DNA from: Eledone cirrhosa
Lineage: Eukaryota
Length of the DNA: 64,000 bases
Assembly: GCA_964016885.1 (NCBI GenBank)
Contig: OZ024747.1
Location: 24,428,001-24,492,000 of the forward strand
Direction of reading: 5' to 3'
The position numbers and the translations under genes are program-made. Positions 1-10,368 of the stretch are shown here, one piece after another. Every line of letters starts with the position of its first letter. Position 1 is the stretch's first letter. A model generated the notes under the pieces. It did not search any database, was not told the origin of the DNA, and saw nothing but the letters and a program-made list of their open reading frames with translations.

Positions 1-236
1 GGAGACTGAGGTTAGCTGGACATGCTCACCGACATCCAGAGTTGACATTGCACTCAGTGCTCCTTTGGGAGCCCCTACATGGACACACTAGAAGAGGAAG
101 ACCAAGGTTAACGTATGTTGATGCCCTAAGGACAGACACTGGTCTGTTGGAGACGCAGGACATGGCAGCGATAATGAGGGACAGAGACCACTGGAGAGAA
201 CTCGTCCATGGATCTCGGGAATTTTACCCGCCTTAG
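1..236 (+). mobile_element. 3' end of an RTE-type LINE ORF (truncated by window start)
   Basis: RLRLAGHAHRH...WEPLHGHTRRGRPRLTYVD...RDHWR is the typical RTE C-terminus; ends in a TA tract. Confidence 0.75.
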
Positions 237-307
237 ATGTAGATATATATACATATATATATATATATATAGAATTCACAGGAATCAAAGCTATGTTCAA
301 AGCATTT

Positions 308-360
308 ATTCGTTTCCAATTGTTTCATCCAAACCGAGGCTTGGAGTCTTCGGAGTATTT
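308..360 (-). ncRNA. Degenerate hammerhead motif (family A) in PLE-type repeat 271-383
   Basis: RC reads AATACT CCGAAGA CTCCAAGC CTCG GTTTGGAT GAAA CAATTG GA; inverted copy of 1610-1720; core and cleavage site mutated. Confidence 0.5.
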
Positions 361-471
361 TTCAATGTTTGTACACATACATCATATATAAATAAGACAC
401 ACGTGCATGCCCCACGTGTAACTAATGCATACAATAACTACTACAACTGACTAACAAACTATCCTCTTGCA

Positions 472-1418
472 TTCATCATCATCATCATCATGACCATTTT
501 ACGTCCGTTCTTCCACACTAGCATGGGTTAGACGGGTTGTCCTGTTGTGGGCAGTGTCTGGTCGGCTGACCATGCCTTGCTCATACAGGAACTGATTTGG
601 CTTGATTTCTACAGCTGGATGCCCTTCCTAACACCAACCTCATTTACAGTGAGTGCTGGGTGCTTTTTCGTGGTGCCTACACGTCCACTTTACAGTATGG
701 GCTGGGTGATTTTTTGCCGTGGGATCTCCACGACCACCTTGCGGTGGGGGGTGTGGGGCATATTGTCTATATGCTTCAGCTTGTACCCATGGGAGGTCGG
801 GTACTCTGTATTACTGCGTGACGCCAGAAGTCACGGTCGTGTGTCATTGCCTTTGAGAGGTGTAATTGGATAAGGTCGGCTTTTATCACCTCATCCCAGG
901 TCATCTTGGGTCTCCCCAATATGCGGTTTCCATCAACTTCTAGTGCTCTGCACCTTTTTATGCAGCTGTCATCCTTCATACGCATCACATGTCCATACCA
1001 GCGCAACCGCCTCTCCTGCACACAGCATTTTATTCCTCTTATGCTCAGTCTCTCTCTCAATTCATTTATGCTTTGTCGTTCACGTATATTACTGTTACAC
1101 ATCCATCGGAGCATGCAGGCTTCGTTTCTCTCTAATCTACGTAAGTCTTCCACCTTCAGCGCTCAGGTCTCACTACCATGCAACATCGCTGTTCAGATAC
1201 ACGCATCATACAGTCTGCCTTTCCTTCTGAGGGAGAAGCCTTTTGCAGCTAGCAGTGGTAGTAGTTCCCTAAACGTCTTCCATCCCGTTCTTACCCTAGT
1301 TATTGTACTTTCTGAACACCCACCTCCGCTGCTAATTCGGTCACCTAGGTAGCAGAAGCTGTCTACTGTTTCTACAGAGCCCTCCCAGAGATTGGTGGTA
1401 CTTGTTTCCCGTGGCTGA
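472..1418 (-). mobile_element. 5'-truncated RTE LINE (family A), 3' part
   Basis: ORF 776-1153 nearly identical to C-terminus of 8649-10067; shared 3' UTR and (GAT)n tail. Confidence 0.92.
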
Positions 1419-1630
1419 TCTACGTTAACTGCCGATTGTATTTTAATTTTGCATTGATGTTGTATTTTTATTTTAATTGATTCTGTATTAATGTGATTTT
1501 CTTTTTGAATTTAAATTGCCATTCAGAAATAATATAATATATGTCACCCCACTGTACATCAATATATGCATATGTATCTGTATATCTCTTGCATTGGAAA
1601 GGAGGTCATGTATGTGTACAAACATTGAAA

Positions 1631-1682
1631 AATGCTCCGAAGAATCCAAGCCGCGGTTTGGATGAAACAATTGTAAACGAAT
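1631..1682 (+). ncRNA. Hammerhead motif family A (U4C variant) in PLE-type repeat 1430-1880
   Basis: CCGAAGA ATCCAAGC CGCG GTTTGGAT GAAA CAATTG TA; homologous in sequence and flanks to the intact copy at 44013-44066. Confidence 0.62.
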
Positions 1683-2049
1683 AAATACTTTGAACATAGC
1701 TTTGATTCCTGTGAATTCTATATAACTGTTCTGTAGAACAACTGATGTTATTACATTGAGCTATTTATCTTACTGGTAATAAGGTAGTAAGAAATTACTG
1801 ACTTTCACTGTTTAGGGTTTAAAATATATATAACTATAAAAAGTTTTAGTATATACATAACCATAAATAGTATCCTTAATACTATATATATATATATAAT
1901 AATAAGGGTTGACGGACCCAGCATATTTATCAATGATAGTACCGGTTGTATCTCAGCGCACTCAATGGGCAATGTAAGATACATTACCAGAGTATACACA
2001 TAGTTATTTGCCTCAACACAACACACGTAAATCGGGTGCCTATAAGGTT

Positions 2050-2159
2050 CCCGGACTCGAGTTTCTGCAGCACTAATGCAGCAGTAAGGTGCACTGCACC
2101 ATCTGTCTGCATATATTATGCAACAATGCACAATCGGCTTATGCTGCTTCATCAGCGGG
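2050..2159 (-). ncRNA. Type I hammerhead ribozyme with long stem II
   Basis: RC: CCCG CTGATGA A-GCAGCA...TGCTGC-A GAAA CTCGAG TC CGGG; intact core, palindromic stem III, GUC site. Confidence 0.85.
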
Positions 2160-2318
2160 TATCGCCTAATCAATAACCAATCGATCGACATAATCCAAAC
2201 ACCGGCCCGCGCCGGACATGACTGTTTGTGACAACTGACACGAAAAGCGATTAGCTATATATATATAGTGAAAGAGTGAAGAATAAAATGATTAACAGTA
2301 CAAAAAGGGTTTTATTTA

Positions 2319-2431
2319 CAGTTTTAACAATTGTTTAATTGATTAGGATGTCTAAAGATTGCTAATCACTCGAAGTTGTGTCACTCAATCTTAAATATAG
2401 TGTATGACTAATCAAATCATCGGAATAACTG
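2319..2431 (-). ncRNA. Degenerate long-stem-II hammerhead
   Basis: RC: CAGTTATT CCGATGA TTTGATTAG...CTAATCAAT TAAA CAATTG TT AAAACTG; two core substitutions. Confidence 0.5.
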
Positions 2432-2606
2432 AGTTATTCCGATGATATGGTAAATATATATCTTTCATCTTCAACTTTTTACATCTGTTTTTCCAAGCTT
2501 GCATGAGTCATATACATATATACATATACACACACATATACATACATATATACACACACATCATCATTTTACGTCCGCTTTTCCCTGCTTGCAAGGGTGA
2601 GACATA

Positions 2607-3250
2607 TATCATCATCATCATCATCAACGTTTAACGTCCGTGTTCCACGCTTGCATGGGTTTGGACGGGGGTATTCCCACTTGAGGCAAGAGTGATTGTC
2701 TTGCTCGCATAGGACTGTCTGGCAGGTTTTCTACAGTTGGATGCCCTTCCTAACATCAACCACATTTACAGTGTGGGTCTGGGAGGTTTTTACCGTGTTG
2801 CCTACACGGCCACATTACAGCGTGGACTGTGTGTTTTTTTGTCGTGACACCTACACGATCTCATTTGTTTCGGCCTGGATGGCGTGGCACCAACATAACT
2901 TTACATAGAAGGGGGTGGTGTGGATGGGGTGGGGGTGGTGGGACGGGGTGTATTTTGTTAGAGATGCCTACTGGCTGTAGTAGGTTTTACTATGTATTTA
3001 GGTAAGGCGGGTCTTCTCTGTTACTGAGTACCGCCAAAGGTCTCGGTCCAGTGACATTGTCTTGGAGAGGTGTAAGTGTGTGAGGTCGGAGTTTATCAGC
3101 TCGTCCCAGGTTTTTCTAGGTCTGCCTATTCCGTGGCTACCGTCTATCTTTATTGCCCTGCACTTTATTATACAGCTATCGACTTTCATGCGCATCACGT
3201 GTCCATACCAACGTAGCCTTCTCTCGAGTAAACAACATCTGATCCCTCTT
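2607..3250 (-). mobile_element. 5'-truncated RTE LINE (family B), 3' end
   Basis: RRLRWYGHVMRM...GRPRKTW matches 48290-49519; 3' UTR plus (GAT)n tail. Confidence 0.9.
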
Positions 3251-3495
3251 ATATATATATATGTATATATATGTGTATACACACACACGCACACCCATAC
3301 ATACATATATACACACACACACACACATATATACACACATATATATATATATATACACACACATGCATATATACATACACACATATATATATAGACACAC
3401 ACACATATATATATATATATATACATACACATACACACACACATACATATATACACACATATATACACACACATACACACACACATATATATATA
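3251..3495. repeat. (TA)n/(CA)n microsatellite
   Basis: Direct inspection. Confidence 0.95.
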
Positions 3496-3749
3496 AGCCA
3501 TACTGTGGCACAATTTTTTTAGTATCAAATAGATGTTTACACAGATTTCTATGGGGGCTGTAGAATATGGTAGTATTATCAAGGATTTGGTAATTAGGCA
3601 GGAAAATAAATACAACAGGAAAATATATCTTTTAAGCACTCTATCTTCCATACCAAAGATAAAATCACATTACATCTAGATCAATCAGCTACAATCGAGT
3701 ACTACTTAGTAGTATGTACCATGTTTTCATTGAGGGTATTAGGTGCCTT

Positions 3750-4280
3750 TCTTGTTGTAGGACCTCCAACAGTTCTAACAATGACTGTTCCAATTGTTGA
3801 ATTAATGGAACAGCCTGCAGATTAAATTAACATGCAAGTGATAAAGCATTCCATAGATACATGCACCCTTAATCCTTTAGCATTTAAACCGGCCATAACC
3901 GGCCAGAATTCTCTCACCTCTTTCTGTTCAAACTCGCTGTAATTAGCTACTCATACTGATGTTAAGGTATTGTTCTCAAAATACATAATATCAAAATCTC
4001 ATAGATTCGATATTAAATAAAGTATTATGTGAGGTAAAGACTTTACTGTGAAAATACAATAGTATATATAGAATAACGTAAATGCTAAAGGTTAATATAT
4101 TTCTCAGGGAGATTCATTGCAAAACAGTGTTTGACAAGTCTGGACCTTTGAATTATAAGTATGGCTCATTTTTGCCTGCTGGGTGGACTTGCTCAAAGAC
4201 ACAATGTGTTGCTGTCATTCAAACTGATGACCTTACAATTCTGTGCCAAATGTCTAAACTATTGAACCACATGACTTCTT
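3750..4280 (-). mobile_element. Old degenerate SINE interrupted by a MITE
   Basis: ACCCTTAA|...TTCTCAGGGAGATTCA...TGACAAG resembles an abundant octopus SINE body (recalled, not searched); remnants of CORE-like and tRNA-like head near 4190-4275. Confidence 0.5.
3873..4091. mobile_element. MITE with TTAA target duplication (piggyBac-like ends)
   Basis: TTAA-TCCTTTAGCATTTA ... TAAATGCTAAAGG-TTAA terminal inverted repeats. Confidence 0.75.
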
Positions 4281-4311
4281 ATGTGTCACAGACATCTTTT
4301 GCTTGATCCAG

Positions 4312-4497
4312 CTGAGAGAGAGAGGGGTAGAGATGGGGAAGACAGAGCGAGAGGGGGCACAGAGAGGGGGGGCAGGCAGAGAGGGGGGGGGGGGCAGAGA
4401 GGGGGGGGGGGGGGGGGGCAGAGAGAGATGGGGGGGGGGGGGGGGGGCAGCCAGAGAGAAGGAGAGAGGGGGCAGAGAGAGAGAGAGAGAGGAAGGG
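4312..4497 (+). repeat. Purine-rich (GA)n / poly-G tract
   Basis: Several G runs of more than 10 nt separated by CAGAGA; G-quadruplex/triplex potential. Confidence 0.9.
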
Positions 4498-4902
4498 CCG
4501 CACCAGCGCTGGGTTGGTATTTTATTGACACTGAAAGGATAAATGTAACAAATATCCAATATGCATTTATCCAATATCCACCTATATTGCCTTAAGTGTT
4601 TTTTTCTTTTAATGTCTTGACAAGCTATGCCTGGAGGAAAGGGCAGTGTACATGGCATTGACAGGCAAACCAAGACCTGAAAGAATGATGGCATTCATGA
4701 TCTGTTTAACCTTTCTAATGAAAGACACTGCCTCTGATTTTCAAAGTTCGTTCTGCTGTCACCATATGTAAAGCTTATTTTATATTCACTCACAAAGCAT
4801 TGATGAGCCAGAAAATATAGTTGGAAAGATTTTCCCAAGATTTCATGAAATGGAATAGAAATAAAACCATGCCTACATCTCTCTCTCTCTCTCCCTTTCT
4901 GA

Positions 4903-4956
<54 letters not shown>

Positions 4957-4958
<2 letters not shown>

Positions 4959-5296
4959 TCATCATCATCATCATTTTACGTCCGCTTTTCCCTGCTTGCA
5001 AGGGTGGGACGGGAACTGATTCTGGCTTGATTTCTACAGCTGGATGCCCTTCCTAACACCAACCTCATTTACAGTGAGTGCTGGGTGCTTTTTTGCCGTG
5101 GCACCTCCACGACCACTTTGTAGTGGAATGATAGGGACCCCAGTCCCTATCATCTCATTTCTATAGCTGAGTAAACTGGAACAATGTGAAATAAAGTGTC
5201 TTGCTCAAGGAAACAACACATTACCCGGTCTGAGAATTGAACTCACAACCTTTCGATTGCAAGACCAATGCTCTAACCACTAAGCCATGTGCCTCC
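4957..5296 (-). mobile_element. tRNA-derived SINE (type 1) with CORE-like body and RTE-type tail
   Basis: RC head GGAGGCACATGGCTTAGTGGTTAGAGC (box A)...GTGAGTTCAATTC (box B), CCTTGAGCAAGACACTT, tail GCGGACGTAAAATGATGATG. Confidence 0.9.
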
Positions 5297-5298
5297 AT

Positions 5299-5622
5299 GG
5301 AGGCACATGGCCTTGCAATCGAAAGGTTGTGAGTTCAATTCTCAGACCGGGTAATGTGTTGTTTCCTTGAGCAAGACACTTTATTTCACATTGCTCCAGT
5401 TAACTCAGCTGTAGAAATGAGATGATAAGGACTGGGGTCCGTATCATTCCACTGCAAAGTGGTCGTGGAGGTGCCACAGCAAAAAAGCACCCAGCACTCA
5501 CTGTAAATGAGGTTGGTGTTAGGAAGGGCATCCAGCTGTAGAAATCAAGCCAGCATCAGTTCCCGTCCCACCCTTGCAAGCAGGGAAAAAGCGGACGTAA
5601 AATGAAATGATGATGAATGATG
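5299..5622 (+). mobile_element. SINE type 1, head-to-head with previous copy, box A region deleted
   Basis: Near-exact inverted copy of 4957-5296 lacking about 20 nt after GGAGGCACATGGC. Confidence 0.9.
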
Positions 5623-5639
5623 ATATATATATATATATA

Positions 5640-6062
5640 TACAAAGTTATTAACCATCTCGCCAACAACAACCCTGAGCACCTTTTTGATCTCCATGTGT
5701 CTAACACACGTGGACATGCCTACAAAGTCAGAAAACAGCACAGCTCCCATGACTTTCAGAAACATTCTTTCACGCTCAGAGTTACTGAAGCATGGAACAA
5801 ACTGCCTGCATCAGTTGTTAGCTGCTGAGACACTGCATCCTTTAAAACCCTCATGCTTCCCGCAATACGCCAAAACTACACCTGATGTCCCCCTTCCATA
5901 CACATGCACACATGTGTATATCATGACTCATGCACTGTTCATTTTCCTGACGTTTGTACATTACCCTATGTACTATACATACACTTTTGATGAGCTGTAG
6001 TGCACCTGAGCACTGTACACAATCATTTCATTATTATATTATTATTATCATTATTATTATTA
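5640..6062 (+). mobile_element. CR1-clade LINE 3' end
   Basis: YKVINHL...TRGHAYKVRK...SFTLRVTEAWNKLPASVV is the CR1 ORF2 C-terminal motif; (ATT)n tail. Confidence 0.8.
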
Positions 6063-6254
6063 TATATATATATATATATCATCATCGTTTAATGTCTATC
6101 TTCTACACTAGCATGGATTAGGCGTGAATTGTCCCACTTGAGGCAATTTTGATTGAGTGACCATGTCTCGCTTGCATAGGACTGTATTTGGCAGGTTTTC
6201 TACAGCTGGATGGCCTTCCTCACCCCCCCCCCCCATATATATATATATATATAT

Positions 6255-7330
6255 ATGAGATGTGTCAGAAAAGTAACAGGGCTTAGTGTGCTGTGTGAGC
6301 TACAAGGTGGTCAGGGATTAGCAGGTTGTTCACTGTATGACGTAATATCCAGAGTATATATAACTGCGATCTCAGCTCTCTGCAGCCATTCTATGTTTTT
6401 CACATGCTTTTGTTAACAATTCCTCAATTTTAAGCTGTCGGGTGATGAGTACAGAATAACAAGCCAACCTAAAGTTTCTGGCTTCCATCAGAAGCACTCA
6501 GAATACTACAGCTAGTGTACAGAAATTAGCCTATATCATGCTCACAGGTTTTCGTGTGTCACAAAAGGTTCAAAATTGACACAAGGACATGGAAGATCAC
6601 CCCAGAAGCAGAAGGCCTTCAATGAGCAGGACTGAGGCCAACGTTGACCACATGAGGCAGCTGGTGCATGGTGATTATCGGCTGACTGTTCGACTGATCG
6701 CAGATGAGCTGGGCATGAACTGTGACAATGTTTGGAAGATTATCACCAAAGATTTGGGCATGTGGAAGATCTGTGAAGATGAAGCTGAGCATCCAGTAGT
6801 TCCTGGCTGAAAATAATTGTTTCTACTTTAGGCACAAGGCCAGCAATTACCAGTGCATTACTGGTACTTTATTTTATCGACCCCGTAAGGATGAAAGGCA
6901 AAGTCAACCTCGGCGGGATTTGAACTCAGATGGTAAAGGGACGTAACTATGCTGGAAAGCATGGCGTCCGACCCTCTACCGATACTGCCAATCCACTGCC
7001 CTGGCTGAAAATAATATCACCATGCTGGAACAACCTCCCTACTCACAGGCGTGGCCTTGTGTCATTATTTTCCTTTTCTCCAAACTCAAGACGATCATCA
7101 AGGAGACCCGGTTTCCAGATGTGGTAGCCATCAAGAGGGCTGTAATGATAGAGCTGTAGAGAATCCAGGAAGAATTCTTCCAGGGGTGCATGGAGGCATG
7201 GCGAGGAAGGATGGGAAAGTGAGTTAGACTCAAAGGGGATTATTTCGAAGGGGAAAACTTGTAGTTTGTTGTTTGAATTTAAAATATTTTTTTTTGTGAC
7301 ACCAGTCCTCTTTCTTTTCTAAAACACTGT
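6255..7330 (+). mobile_element. Degenerate mariner-like DNA transposon
   Basis: EDHPRSRRPS...RLTVRLIADELGM...IITKDLGMWKI mariner N-terminus; degenerate C-terminal FLFSKLK/GDYFEG; imperfect TIRs in TA/TG tracts. Confidence 0.8.
6818..6999 (-). mobile_element. tRNA-derived SINE (type 2) inserted in the mariner, 16-bp TSD
   Basis: CCTGGCTGAAAATAAT duplicated at 6802-6817 and 7000-7015; box B GAGTTCAAATC; body GCCTTTCATCC...GGGGTCGATAAAAT. Confidence 0.88.
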
Positions 7331-7537
7331 GTGTGTGTATATATATATATTTATTAAAATAACAGATTAAAGTTTAAGCAAAGAATCGTTGCTTTCACCC
7401 TTAACACAAATAAATATTTACTCTATGATTCTTATATATTTGATATATATTTATCCTTACTGAACCCTCTTTGGATTTTAGTCTTCACATTTATTATTAT
7501 TACTATTATTATTATTATTAATATATATATATATTAA

Positions 7538-7882
7538 TGGAGGCACGTGGCTTAGTGATTAGAACATTAGCCTTGCAATCGAAAGGTTGTGAGTTCAATT
7601 CTCAGACCGGGTGATGTGTTGTTTCCTTGAGCAAGACACTTTATTTCACATTGCTCCAGTTTACTCAGCTGTAGAAATCAGATGATAGGGACTGGGGTCC
7701 ATATCATTCCACTGCAAAGTGGTTGTGGAAGTGCCACGGCAAAAAAGCACCCAGCACTCACTGTAAATGAGGTTGGTGTTAGGAAGAGCATCCAACTGTA
7801 GAAATCAAGCCAGTGTCAGTTCCCGTCCCACCCTTGCAAGCAGGGAAAAAGCGGACGTAAAATGAAATGATGATGAGGATGA
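7538..7882 (+). mobile_element. Full-length SINE type 1
   Basis: Box A/B head, CORE-like body, RTE tail. Confidence 0.9.
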
Positions 7883-7931
7883 TATATAATTGTTTCTACT
7901 TTTGGCACAAGGCAGCAATTACCCAGTACAT

Positions 7932-10368
7932 TATTTACTAGAGGCGACGGATGAGGTCTGTGACTGGAGTAAGACCTCAAGCAGGAGGAGAGTGACTTGG
8001 TGGTGGAACAATAAGGTAGATGAAGCAGTCAAGGCCAAGAGACAGGGATGGAAAGAATGGAAGAACGGGGGGAGCAGGGTACATTACATAGAGACCAAGA
8101 GGGAAGCTAGGCGACAAGTATACTTAGCTAGGAGGGAAGCAGAGGATAGAAAATTCAAGCATGTCTTACAACGTGAGGACCAGAAACAGGAGGTATTCAA
8201 GATTGCGAGGCAGTGTGTCAGAGATAGTTGTGATGTTATTGGAGAGAAGTGTATCCGGAATGATAAAGGTGAGCTTGCCCTCACAAGTGCTGAGAAGAAA
8301 GATGCATGGAAGAGTCATTATGATAGATTACTAAATGAGGAGAATGCATGGGAAGAAGAGATCTACCCCAAGTAGACCCTATAGAGGGGCCAGCAGTACA
8401 AGTCAGCGGCAGCGTAGTAAGTAAGGCAATCAAAGATATGAAGATGGGGAAGGCAACCGGTCCATCGGGTATAGCTGCCGAGATGCTGAAGGCATCTGGG
8501 TCTGTAGGTCACACTATAACCACACGTATCGTTAACCAGGTAATACTAGAAGGGGCCATACCAAAAAGATTGGTGCAGTAGCATCATTGTCAACTGCTAC
8601 AAAGGTAAAGGCGATGCACTAGATAGAGGAAACTATAGAGGTATAAAGTTGATGGACCAGGTCATGAAAGTAACAGAAAGAGTTATAGCACAGCTGATTA
8701 GGGACCGGGTGAAAATAGACGAGATGCAATTTGGGTTTGTACCAGGAAGAGGCACCACTGATGCCCTCTTCCTTGTGAGGCAATTACAGGAAAAGTACCT
8801 AGCTAAAAGTAAGCCACTCTACTTGGCATTTGTCGACCTTGAGAAAGCCTTTGACAGAGTTCCACGTGCTGTAATCTGGTGGACTCTTAGAAAACTAGGA
8901 GTAGATGAATGGCTTGTGAAAGCGGTACAAGCCATGTATAGGGGAGCAGTCAGCAAAGTTAGGATTAGCAATGAGTATAGCGAGGAATTTAGCTTACAGG
9001 TTGGGGTCCACCAGGGCTCTGTTCTTAGCCCTCTCCTGTTCATCATAGTCCTGCAGGCAATAACGGAGGAGTTTAAGACCGGATGCCCATGGGAACTCCT
9101 GTATGCAGATGACCTCGCACTTATAGCTGAATCTATGGTAGAACTAGAGAAGAAATTCCAAACTTGGAAGCAGGGACTAGAAAGAAAGGGTCTCAAAGTC
9201 AACATGACAAAGACTAAGGTCCTTGTAAGTAGACGAGAAAACAGAACCCAGATCCCCTCAGGGAAATGGCCTTGCTCAGTATGTAGGAAAGGTGTAGGTC
9301 GGAACTCCATTCTCTGCCCCAAATGCAAACAATGGGTACACAAGAGATGTAGCGGGATCTCAGGAAGCTTAATTAAGAATGTAGGATTCACATGCAGCAG
9401 CTGTGCTGAGACAGCAAACAGCAAACAGCCACAGGAAACAAGTACCACCAATCTCTGGGAGGGCCCTGTAGAAACAGTAGACAGCTTCTGCTACCTAGGT
9501 GACCGAATTAGCAACGGAGGTGGGTGTTCAGAAAGTGCAATAACTAGGGTAAGAACGGGATGGAAGAAGTTTAGGGAACTACTACCACTGCTAGCTGCAA
9601 AAGGCTTCTCCCTCAGAATGAAAGGCAGACTGTATGATGCGTGTATCCGAACAGCGATGTTGCATGGTAGTGAGACCTGGGCGCTGAAGGTGGAAGACTT
9701 ACGTAGATTAGAGAGAAACGAAACCTGCATGCTCCGATGGATGTGTAACAATAATATACGTGAACGACAAAGCATAAATGAATTGAGAGAGAGACTGAGC
9801 ATAAGAGGAATCAAATGCTGTGTGCAGGAGAGGCGGTTGCGCTGGTATGGACATGTGATGCGTATGAAGGATGACAGCTGCATAAAAAGGTGCAGAGCAC
9901 TAGAAGTTGATGGAAACCGCGGAGTGGGGAGACCCAAGATGACCTGGGATGAGGTGATAAAAGCCGACCTTACCCAATTACACCTCTCAAAGACAATGAC
10001 ACACGACCGTGACTTCTGGCGTCACGCAGTAATACAGAGTACCCGACCTCCCATGGGTACAAGCTGAAGCATATAGACAATATGCCCCCACACACCCCAC
10101 CACAAGGTGGTCGTGGAGGTGCCACGGCAAAAAAGCACCCAGCCCACACTGTAAAGTGGACGTGTAGGCACCACGAAAAAGCACCCAGCACTCACTGTAA
10201 ATGAGGTTGGTGTTAGGAAGGGCATCCAGCTGTAGAAATCAAGCCAAATCAGTTCCTGTATGAGCAAGGCATGGTCAGCCGACCAGACACTGCCCACAAC
10301 AGGACAACCCGTCTAACCCATGCTAGCGTGGAAGAACGGACGTAAAACGGTGATGATGATGATGATGA
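7932..10368 (+). mobile_element. 5'-truncated RTE LINE (family A) inserted into a type 2 SINE
   Basis: Frameshifted ORFs 7890-8581 followed by RT ORF; 3' UTR and (GAT)n tail; SINE halves at 7886-7930 and 10369-10510 (minus strand). Confidence 0.93.
8649..10067 (+). CDS. RTE reverse transcriptase (open 472-aa remnant) with internal PHD-type finger
   Basis: QFGF, FVDLEKAFDRV, GVHQGSVLSPLLF, LYADD, FCYLG, RLRWYGHV motifs; Cx2Cx10Cx2Cx4Hx2Cx14Cx2C insert. Confidence 0.92.
   Translation: MMDQVMKVTERVIAQLIRDRVKIDEMQFGFVPGRGTTDALFLVRQLQEKYLAKSKPLYLAFVDLEKAFDRVPRAVIWWTLRKLGVDEWLVKAVQAMYRGAVSKVRISNEYSEEFSLQVGVHQGSVLSPLLFIIVLQAITEEFKTGCPWELLYADDLALIAESMVELEKKFQTWKQGLERKGLKVNMTKTKVLVSRRENRTQIPSGKWPCSVCRKGVGRNSILCPKCKQWVHKRCSGISGSLIKNVGFTCSSCAETANSKQPQETSTTNLWEGPVETVDSFCYLGDRISNGGGCSESAITRVRTGWKKFRELLPLLAAKGFSLRMKGRLYDACIRTAMLHGSETWALKVEDLRRLERNETCMLRWMCNNNIRERQSINELRERLSIRGIKCCVQERRLRWYGHVMRMKDDSCIKRCRALEVDGNRGVGRPKMTWDEVIKADLTQLHLSKTMTHDRDFWRHAVIQSTRPPMGTS

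Noticed and set aside
4082-4306. Possible exon/ORF MLKVNIF...
   Set aside because: Overlaps MITE end and degenerate SINE body
4254-4694. Pro-rich and Gly-rich ORFs
   Set aside because: Derived from the poly-G/(GA)n tract
4625-4775. Open 48-codon segment after ACAAG as an exon
   Set aside because: Weak splice signals, no recognisable motif, no compatible neighbour
7538-7612. tRNA gene
   Set aside because: Box A/B head continues into SINE body; no acceptor stem closure
8819-9937. Minus-strand ORFs over RTE RT (also 906-1352, 17191-17712, 36561-37109, 48514-49245)
   Set aside because: Antisense shadows of the RT frame
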